Of a DNA stretch of 64,000 bases, positions 57,518-64,000 are shown piece after piece. Below the pieces are notes generated by a model. That model saw only the letters and a list, made by a program, of their open reading frames with translations, searched no databases and was not told the DNA's origin. Source of the DNA: a bacterium (GTDB taxonomy: Bacteria; Patescibacteriota; Dojkabacteria; GCA-002793355); NCBI GenBank assembly GCA_020853235.1, contig JADYZG010000008.1, forward strand, positions 14,498 through 78,497, in the 5' to 3' direction. The position numbers and the translations under genes were made by a program. Every line of letters begins with the position of its first letter. The first letter of the stretch is position 1.

Positions 57518-58681
57518 ATGGATATTTATTTACTCTCTGGATTGGTCTCTCTCGTGCTTGCTCTTTTGCTAACACCGTGGGTAGGAATTTTGGCGAAGCG
57601 ATTTGGCGCAATTCAGGAATCACCGCAAGAAGCGTTAAAAAAAATTCAGGAGCAACGAGAAAAAGGTCTCTCGGATAGAGATTATGAATCGAAACTTCAA
57701 GCAGCAAGGCGTAGATTGGATAAGCCACCGATGATTATGTGGGGAGGGCTTGGGTATGTAGTTCCATTTTTGGTAGTGAGCGGTGTCGTACTTCTTATCT
57801 CTAAGAATGTAAATATTCCAGTATCAGATTTTTCCACCTATATGCTGTGGTTTAGCAGTATTGTTATCCTACTTGTTGTCGGAATGATTGATGATGTTTT
57901 TGAATTAACTGGGCGTGTCCAATTCATGTTCCATATTGTTGCTGCAATTGTTTTAGTGCTGCTCCCTATTGATTTTAAGGGATTTACTATACCATTCGGT
58001 CTTGGGTATGCAAATATGAACTGGTGGCAGGTGACACCAGAAGTAATACCGTGGTTGAGTTTTGTATTTCCAGGGGATCTCTTATTGTTTTTGTGGGTAC
58101 TTCCCCTGATCAACGCAATTAAGTGGGTGGCAGGTAATGATGGACTTATGGAAGGTGATATTGGAATTGCGGCAATCATTCTTTTCTTGGTTAGTTTTAA
58201 TTTTAATCAATCGACGTCTGCGCTGCTTTCTATAACCTTAGCAGGAGCACTCTTTGGATTTTTATACTATAATTTTTTCCCAAGTAAGATTATTTCTGGA
58301 TCCACAGGGAAGACACCATTAGGTTTCATTATCGCGGGAATTGCATTAATAGATACCTCCAAAATAGCAATAACTCTCATTGTTTTTGCATTACCGCTGG
58401 TGGATGCATTTTGGGTGTTATTGCGGCGGTTTTTTTATTATAAACCCAAGTCACTTTTACAACTGATGCTTATTAGTAACCAATACCACTTCCACTTTCA
58501 TCTGCGTAAGTTAGGATTTACCGAGAGACAGGTAGCATTATTTGAGTATGCATATATTTTATTTTGGGGATTACTCGGCGTGTTTGTTCCGCCAGAATAT
58601 AAATCTTGGGTACTTCTTTTTGCCCTATTAACTTCTGCGAGTTTGATAATTTCTGTTACTGCGAAAACATATGATCAATAG
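57518..58681 (+). CDS. MraY/WecA-family polyprenyl-phosphate N-acetylhexosamine-1-phosphate transferase
   Basis: Polytopic, with a DD motif (VGMIDDVFEL) and NAIKWVAGNDGLMEG (N..N..DG.DGL). ATG at 57518. Confidence 0.75.
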   Translation: MDIYLLSGLVSLVLALLLTPWVGILAKRFGAIQESPQEALKKIQEQREKGLSDRDYESKLQAARRRLDKPPMIMWGGLGYVVPFLVVSGVVLLISKNVNIPVSDFSTYMLWFSSIVILLVVGMIDDVFELTGRVQFMFHIVAAIVLVLLPIDFKGFTIPFGLGYANMNWWQVTPEVIPWLSFVFPGDLLLFLWVLPLINAIKWVAGNDGLMEGDIGIAAIILFLVSFNFNQSTSALLSITLAGALFGFLYYNFFPSKIISGSTGKTPLGFIIAGIALIDTSKIAITLIVFALPLVDAFWVLLRRFFYYKPKSLLQLMLISNQYHFHFHLRKLGFTERQVALFEYAYILFWGLLGVFVPPEYKSWVLLFALLTSASLIISVTAKTYDQ

Positions 58682-59669
58682 TGCTGTAAAAACGAAACCG
58701 AAAGATTTTATCGCGAATTACGAGATGAATAACTATAAGTACAGTGATTTTTGGATTGGGAGAGAGTATGAACACGAAGCAGAGATATTTTTGTTGCAGA
58801 ATATTGTAAAGAAACATCTTCCAGATTTACAAGAAAGGGAGCTCGTCGATCTTGGTGGTGCATACGGTCGGCTACTTACTGTCTATGGGAAACAGGCGAA
58901 ACGTATCGTTTTAGCTGATTATTCAACAAATGAACTACGTCAGGGATTGTCGAATGTAATGCACTCGCCAATTAAAGGTAAAATAAGTTTCTTGGCTTTA
59001 AATGCGTATAAAATGCCTTTTGGTGATAATACTGTTGATGCACTTCTTTCGGTTCGAGTGATGCATCATTTAAAGGATATTCATTTATTTTTTTCCGATT
59101 TAGCACGTGTTTTAAAACCAGGAGGAAAAGCAATTATTGAATTTGCAAACAAGAATCACTTATTATCTTTGTTCAGACATGCAAAAAAGTTAGATCTATC
59201 CTCCTTTTTACGCGAAGATGTTACTCAAGTGACCCATAGAAAAGATTCACAGGGTATTAAAACAGGTCAGTTATCTATTATGTATAACTTTTCTTACAAA
59301 TATATTAAGGAAAAGGCCCAAGTGGTGGGACTAGGAGTTGAAGCAAGCTATGCCTGTTCTTTTTTGCGAAGTACGTTTTTTAAGCATATATTTGATACTC
59401 CTACCCTACTGAAATTGGAATCAGTTTTTCAAAAACTTTTTTGTTGGACTAGGATTACACCAAGTGTTTTTATTGTATTGTCAAAAAAAGGTGAGTTTAT
59501 AGCAACTGATGATTCTGTAATGGCGAAACTTTTTTGCCCAACATGCAGTGCTGCACTAAAAAAAGCTAATGCAGGTTGCCTTTCCTGTCCTAATGGCCAT
59601 GAATTTCAACAAAACAATTCGGAAATTATAGACCTTCGTGATCCACGACCGGAAGTGATAGATTTTTGA
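58671..59669 (+). CDS. Class I SAM-dependent methyltransferase with C-terminal Cys4 zinc-ribbon
   Basis: Motif I LVDLGGAYGRL, PFGDNTVDALLS, LKPGGKAII. C-terminal CPTCSA...CLSCPNGHEF. Overlaps the preceding gene by 11 nt. Confidence 0.7.
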   Translation: MINSAVKTKPKDFIANYEMNNYKYSDFWIGREYEHEAEIFLLQNIVKKHLPDLQERELVDLGGAYGRLLTVYGKQAKRIVLADYSTNELRQGLSNVMHSPIKGKISFLALNAYKMPFGDNTVDALLSVRVMHHLKDIHLFFSDLARVLKPGGKAIIEFANKNHLLSLFRHAKKLDLSSFLREDVTQVTHRKDSQGIKTGQLSIMYNFSYKYIKEKAQVVGLGVEASYACSFLRSTFFKHIFDTPTLLKLESVFQKLFCWTRITPSVFIVLSKKGEFIATDDSVMAKLFCPTCSAALKKANAGCLSCPNGHEFQQNNSEIIDLRDPRPEVIDF

Positions 59670-59704
59670 TAGATTGGGTTGTCGCTGATATAATACAGTG
59701 AAAT

Positions 59705-60043
59705 ATGACCATAGCGAATTTGCACGCACAATTACTAAGAGCACAGCTTGTAATCATTGATAATGGTTCGGGTGATGGGGTAAAGTTAGATGCAGACACA
59801 GATGTTGGCGGTTTTATTGGAAAATTTTTGCCAATAGCGATTGGTATTGGTATTTCTTCTGCTGTGATTTTGGTTGCCCTGGCGGGTTATAGATTGCTTA
59901 TGAGTGGCGGTGATGCTGCAAAAATAAAAGACGCATCTGAACAAATCCAGAATGCAGTTCTTGGATTGATGTTAATCATTGCTGCCGTATCCATTAGTGT
60001 GTTAATTGTAAAAACATTAGGGATTGATATATCTAAACTGTAA
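59705..60043 (+). CDS. Two-TM pilin-like protein (TrbC/VirB2-type T4SS pilin-like)
   Basis: TM1 - YRLLMSGGDAAKIKDASEQIQNAVLGLML - TM2. Confidence 0.6.
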   Translation: MTIANLHAQLLRAQLVIIDNGSGDGVKLDADTDVGGFIGKFLPIAIGIGISSAVILVALAGYRLLMSGGDAAKIKDASEQIQNAVLGLMLIIAAVSISVLIVKTLGIDISKL

Positions 60044-60054
60044 TGAACTAAAAC

Positions 60055-60366
60055 ATGTTCGGTAATTTTTATGTTTCTGCGGAGACGACAATAAATGGCA
60101 TTAGCAATCCGCTTGGAGAGAATAGTTTGTCTATATGGGGAGTCGTTAATAACGGACTTACTGTTGTTCTTCCTTTGGCAGGTATTATTTTTGTAGGGAT
60201 GTTCGTTTATGCAGGAATTACCTACATACTTAGTTCTGGGGATCCTGGGAGAGTAAAGTCAGCTCAGGCGATGATGACGAACGCAGTAATAGGTTTTTTA
60301 ATTATCTCCTTCGCATTTGTTATTAAAGCTTTGGTCGTGACTGGAATTTCAGGAGGAACCCAATAA
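60055..60366 (+). CDS. Two-TM pilin-like protein (TrbC/VirB2-type T4SS pilin-like)
   Basis: Leader ...FYVSAE, TM1, then YILSSGDPGRVKSAQAMMTNAVIGFLI, then TM2. Confidence 0.65.
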   Translation: MFGNFYVSAETTINGISNPLGENSLSIWGVVNNGLTVVLPLAGIIFVGMFVYAGITYILSSGDPGRVKSAQAMMTNAVIGFLIISFAFVIKALVVTGISGGTQ

Positions 60367-60406
60367 TTGATCCAAAGGAATATGTTAGGGCAAAGAATTT
60401 AATATT

Positions 60407-60769
60407 ATGCAAAATTATATGAATACATGGATAACAGTTAAAAAAGTATCTGCGCAGGTTGATGCTATCATTGGAACTCCACCTGCGAATATCCCTGGAT
60501 ATGTTAAGCCGAGCGATGCTGGAGCGAGAATCGCTGCCTTTTTGGATTTAACTTTTATTGTCGCTGCAATTATCGCTACATTTTTTGCAATCAAGGGTGG
60601 GTTCGATTTTGTAATGAGTAGTGGCGAGCCACCAAAAATTAAAGCAGCGCAATCGACAATTCAGTACGCAATTATTGGTCTTGTTGTTTGTGCCTGCGGT
60701 TTTATCATTATACGAATTGTCGCATCCACACTAGGATATAACTCGTCAGCGCTAGATTTACCATTTTAG
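60407..60769 (+). CDS. Two-TM pilin-like protein (TrbC/VirB2-type T4SS pilin-like)
   Basis: Leader ...KKVSAQ, TM1, then FVMSSGEPPKIKAAQSTIQYAIIGLVV, then TM2. Confidence 0.65.
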   Translation: MQNYMNTWITVKKVSAQVDAIIGTPPANIPGYVKPSDAGARIAAFLDLTFIVAAIIATFFAIKGGFDFVMSSGEPPKIKAAQSTIQYAIIGLVVCACGFIIIRIVASTLGYNSSALDLPF

Positions 60770-60806
60770 GATATAATAGATATATAATTTTTTTTATTTC
60801 AAATTT

Positions 60807-61193
60807 ATGGCAGAAGTTATTAAAGCAGAAGAGAAGTTAGGAGAGGCACGTGTGCTAAATACTGACAGCAATGCTAAGTTGATGGCAGCACTCGCGTGGT
60901 TATTTGCTCCGGTTTCCTCGCTTATCTTTATCTTGGTCGATACCTATAAAAAAGATGAGTATATTCAGTTTTATGCATGGCAGTCGCTTGCTTACTCAGT
61001 TGCATCATTTGTAATTAGTATGGTTATTAACACAATTACTCTCGGATTTGGAGTTTGCATTACGACTCCAGTAATGTTGGTACTTTGGATCCTCGGTGCA
61101 TATAAAGCATTCCAAGGTGAAAAGTGGAAACTTCCTTATGTTGGTGATTGGGCAGCGCAACAAGCAGAGAAGACTGTATCAAGTGCAAAATAA
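60807..61193 (+). CDS. Small 3-TM membrane protein, DUF4870-like
   Basis: LMAALAWLFAPVSSLIFILV...DEYIQFYAWQSLAYSV pattern, as in DUF4870-type proteins. Confidence 0.45.
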   Translation: MAEVIKAEEKLGEARVLNTDSNAKLMAALAWLFAPVSSLIFILVDTYKKDEYIQFYAWQSLAYSVASFVISMVINTITLGFGVCITTPVMLVLWILGAYKAFQGEKWKLPYVGDWAAQQAEKTVSSAK

Positions 61194-61308
61194 GAATTCT
61201 TATGTCTTTCCAGCATCTTTTTTAACAGAGATACTTGGTATTTAGACATTTTTCTTGCTAGGTGATTTGTATGCTCAGCTAAAATCTGTCGCTCCGGCGA
61301 CAGTGTAT

Positions 61309-61397
61309 GGAGAGGTGGCCGAGTGGCTGAAGGCGACGGTTTGCTAAACCGTTATACCCTTTTTTGGGTATCGAGGGTTCGAATCCCTCCCTCTCCG
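61309..61397 (+). tRNA. tRNA-Ser (anticodon GCU), class II with long variable arm
   Basis: Acceptor ggagagg/cctctcc, anticodon stem acggt/accgt with loop ttGCTaa, variable arm ataccc-tttttt-gggtat, T-arm gaggg-ttcgaat-ccctc. Confidence 0.9.
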
Positions 61398-61473
61398 CGT
61401 GCCAGGTCACAGACTTGGTAAGCGGAGAGGATACAGGATGAGTTAGTAAGCACGAAAATAATAAACAATCACT

Positions 61474-62067
61474 ATGAATGAAAGAGTTGCTCAAATAATT
61501 AAAAATCCAGAAGACTTTATTTTTGAGTTTCAATTTAATGATAGTGCAATAAAATTGCGACCATTAGGAGACAAAGATGTGAAAAATCTTTCAAACTTTC
61601 TGGAGTCTCTTTCACTAGAGACAAGAAAATACTACATGCTCGATTCTTTCGATGAGAAAATGGCGCAATCACTCCGTGATGATATTGGAAAATATGACAA
61701 AGCTAGGTTCGTTATATTATTTGAGGATTCGATTATAGGAATCTTTGAGTTCAGTTTTGACTTAGTATCTGAGGATATCGAAAGATTCTCAGATTATGGA
61801 GTAGCTCTTGTACAAGGAAAAGATTGTCGTTTTGGACCATGTATTTCAGACAAATTTCACGGCAAAGGATTGGCCGGTACTGTTTTTCCCTATTTGATAA
61901 CAATAGCAAAAAAATTAAATCAAAAAAGAATGATTCTATGGGGCGGCGTTTTTGTCAGTAACGAAAAGGCAATTAAGTACTACCTAAAAAGTGGATTTAG
62001 AAAAATAGGGGAATTTATTAACACTGATGGTGAACCTTGTTACGATATGATTTTAGATTTAGGATAA
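61474..62067 (+). CDS. GNAT-family N-acetyltransferase
   Basis: Acetyl-CoA pocket motif FHGKGLAGTVF and NEKAIKYYLKSGFRKIGEF. Confidence 0.7.
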   Translation: MNERVAQIIKNPEDFIFEFQFNDSAIKLRPLGDKDVKNLSNFLESLSLETRKYYMLDSFDEKMAQSLRDDIGKYDKARFVILFEDSIIGIFEFSFDLVSEDIERFSDYGVALVQGKDCRFGPCISDKFHGKGLAGTVFPYLITIAKKLNQKRMILWGGVFVSNEKAIKYYLKSGFRKIGEFINTDGEPCYDMILDLG

Positions 62068-62134
62068 GAGTATACTATCTTATGCAAAGCGATGTCCCTT
62101 TAAACCATACAATAACTCAGATTGAAAAAATGCC

Positions 62135-62488
62135 ATGAACGACTCCCTTATTCTCTCCTTCTACAAGAACCAGCGACATTTTTCTCAAGATACCCATGTT
62201 ATTTCTGCACCATACTCAAACATGAGCTGTGGAGATGAAATCGTTCTCCACGTTAATGACAAAGGAAAGTTAGTATATTCAGGTTCCGCCTGTTCCTTAA
62301 CTTTTGCGAGTGCTGAATTTTTATGTCGTGAGGTAGAAGCGCAAGATGCGGGAACCGTAGATATCAGAGCGCTACAAAAGAAAATGTTTGAAGAATTTGA
62401 AATGTCGGAAGAGGACAAACGAGCAACGTGCGTACTCCTACCCTTTCGAGCGTTAGCAGTAATGCAATCAGAATTACGAAAAGTCTAG
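62135..62488 (+). CDS. SufU/IscU-like Fe-S cluster scaffold domain protein
   Basis: Three conserved Cys contexts: NMSCGDEIVL, SGSACSLTFASAEF and ATCVLLPF. Confidence 0.6.
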   Translation: MNDSLILSFYKNQRHFSQDTHVISAPYSNMSCGDEIVLHVNDKGKLVYSGSACSLTFASAEFLCREVEAQDAGTVDIRALQKKMFEEFEMSEEDKRATCVLLPFRALAVMQSELRKV

Positions 62489-62538
62489 TATAATTAGAAG
62501 CAGCTCCCAAATTAGAGAACTAACAAATTAAGGAAGTG

Positions 62539-64000
62539 ATGAATACTGATATTCAAGAAATTAAAGCGCGTGCAGATATAGTTGCTATAATTTCGCGATA
62601 CGTAAAATTAAAGAAGGCTGGTCGTAATTTCACAGGCTTATGTCCATTTCATGTGGAGAAAACACCATCATTCAGTGTTAACCCTTCTTTGGGAATTTTC
62701 AAGTGTTTTGGCTGTGGACAATCAGGTGATGTCATCAAATTTATCCAAGAAATCGAACATATCGAGTTTCCCCAAGCACTCGAAAAATTGGCAGACGAAC
62801 TTGGTATTACGTTGCAGAAAAGCGACGATCCTTCGACAAAATTGATTGCACGTTACAGAAAAATGTATACAGTAACGGCAGAATTGTATCACTACATTCT
62901 TCTAAATCTTGAACAAGGAAAAGAAGCATTAGAATACGTTCTCAAAAGACGTAGGTTAACCGAAGCAACTGTTATCGCAAATAAAATTGGTTATGCCCCT
63001 TACGACAATAAGCTCTTGCAAAATTACCTGATTAAAAAAGGGTTTACTCCTGCTGAAATTAAAGATGCTGGTTTTATTAACGAGAGAGGAAATGATAAAT
63101 ACACGGACCGCTTAATGTTTCCTATATTTGATACGGCTGGTCACGTTGTGGGGTTTAGCGGTCGTGTTATTAGTGCAGATGACAGGAGGCCAAAGTATTT
63201 GAATTCTGCAGAAAGTATACTGTTTAAGAAGCGATTTCTCCTCTTTGGACTTAATAGTGCGAAAGAAGCAATTGCAAAAAAAGATATCGCTATTCTTTGC
63301 GAGGGGCAATTGGATGCAATTACCTCGCAACAGGCAGGTATTGAAAATATTGTCGCTCCACTCGGAACTGGGTTGACGGACACTCAGTTGAGCCTTCTTT
63401 CCCGCTACTCAAATAACGTTGCTTTTTGTTTCGACAACGATGAGGCAGGGCAGAAATCTATGCTCCGTGGTGTACAGCTCGCGTTATCACAAGGGATGAC
63501 ACCTTTTATTATTTCCTTACCAGAGGACGTAAAGGATATTGATGAACTAATTCAGAAACGACCAGATGATTGGAAAGATAGAGCGATTAATCCTAGAGAT
63601 TTCTTTTTAGTACAAATTTCGACTTTACGAAGTTTAATGAAAAAAGATATTTTGATATTCGAAAAGAAATTGCAAGAAGTACTTTCTGTTTTAAGCAATG
63701 CAAGTGAACTGAAGCAAAGTATTGTCGCAAAACAATTTGCCGAATCGTTGGGATTATCGGAACAGGGCTTATTGTCTTCGATCCAAAAAACTGCACCGCC
63801 AAGTTTTATCCGCCAAGAATTAAAGCAACGACAAGGTGCATTATCTACTTCGGAGTACGTTCTTGGTATGGTACTCCTCTTCCCGCTTGTAACACTCCTT
63901 ATGGGAAAGACAGAAATTGCGAAAGAATACTTCCCATTAAAAGATCAGCAGGAGTTATTCGAAAAGTTGACTGAATTTGCGCAAAAGCATTCCAACCTTG
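62539..64000 (+). CDS. dnaG: DNA primase (C-terminus runs off the window end)
   Basis: AAGGAAG SD, then MNTDIQEIKARADIVAIISRYVKLKKAGRNFTGLCPFHVEKTPSFSVNPSLGIFKCFGCGQSGDVIKF (CHC2 zinc finger). TOPRIM follows (ILCEGQLDAI..., FCFDNDEAG). Absent from the ORF track because it is open-ended. Confidence 0.9.
   Translation, partial: MNTDIQEIKARADIVAIISRYVKLKKAGRNFTGLCPFHVEKTPSFSVNPSLGIFKCFGCGQSGDVIKFIQEIEHIEFPQALEKLADELGITLQKSDDPSTKLIARYRKMYTVTAELYHYILLNLEQGKEALEYVLKRRRLTEATVIANKIGYAPYDNKLLQNYLIKKGFTPAEIKDAGFINERGNDKYTDRLMFPIFDTAGHVVGFSGRVISADDRRPKYLNSAESILFKKRFLLFGLNSAKEAIAKKDIAILCEGQLDAITSQQAGIENIVAPLGTGLTDTQLSLLSRYSNNVAFCFDNDEAGQKSMLRGVQLALSQGMTPFIISLPEDVKDIDELIQKRPDDWKDRAINPRDFFLVQISTLRSLMKKDILIFEKKLQEVLSVLSNASELKQSIVAKQFAESLGLSEQGLLSSIQKTAPPSFIRQELKQRQGALSTSEYVLGMVLLFPLVTLLMGKTEIAKEYFPLKDQQELFEKLTEFAQKHSNL

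Noticed and set aside
61287-61302. Perfect hairpin tgtcgc-tccg-gcgaca just upstream of tRNA-Ser, considered as a terminator for the preceding membrane-protein gene
   Set aside because: The stem is only 6 bp with no trailing U-tract, and it sits about 95 nt past the stop codon. This is insufficient for a terminator call.
1-64000. Alternative genetic code (UGA recoding, as in some candidate phyla)
   Set aside because: Conserved genes (trpS, polA, ftsH, metG, dnaN) give full-length uninterrupted ORFs of the expected sizes under the standard bacterial code. TGA also terminates the P-loop gene at 12735-12737, right before a long ORF-free tract.

Overview
AT-rich, very gene-dense bacterial chromosomal segment. 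Spot counts of a few 60-nt lines gave roughly 35-45% GC. I see about 60 protein genes, 7 dispersed single tRNA genes, no rRNA, no CRISPR array and no recognisable transposase. Housekeeping backbone: leuS (partial at window start), fmt, trpS, polA, ftsH, a XerC/D-type recombinase, an FtsB/DivIC-like gene, a pseudouridine synthase, greA, an nrnA-like DHH phosphoesterase, smpB, metG, dnaN, a SufU-like gene and dnaG (partial at window end). There is also much envelope and surface content: a Cys-rich doubly anchored protein, an O-antigen-ligase/TPR fusion, a 1217-aa NHL-repeat protein, a GT4 glycosyltransferase, a MraY/WecA-type transferase, a SpoIID/LytB protein, a T4SS-type P-loop ATPase and five tiny two-TM pilin-like paralogs. 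The window also holds five HAD-phosphatase genes and two ABC half-transporters. This content resembles a reduced Patescibacteria/CPR-type genome, which is an inference from gene content only. Main hunt results: (1) A probable oriC lies at about 55.57-55.85 kb, with a DnaA-box cluster, an AT-rich tract and a gene-strand switch. It sits upstream of dnaN with no dnaA in the window. (2) A five-member TrbC/VirB2-like pilin family is split into two mirror-oriented clusters on either side of that origin. It lies near a VirB4/VirD4-superfamily ATPase and a block of uncharacterised envelope proteins, and is the best candidate for a poorly described envelope-spanning apparatus. (3) The 3' end of tRNA-Val is repeated three times at about 128-nt spacing, together with a duplicated 77-nt double-hairpin module (att-scar-like array). 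(4) An uncharacterised P-loop NTPase plus a SAM methyltransferase are followed by a 603-nt ORF-free tract. (5) Three tRNA oddities: tRNA-Ile with a UAU anticodon and C55, and an initiator tRNA with C33 and an A1/A72 mismatch that is the only tRNA with an encoded CCA. All functional calls come from motifs read by eye in the supplied translations; no database search was run.
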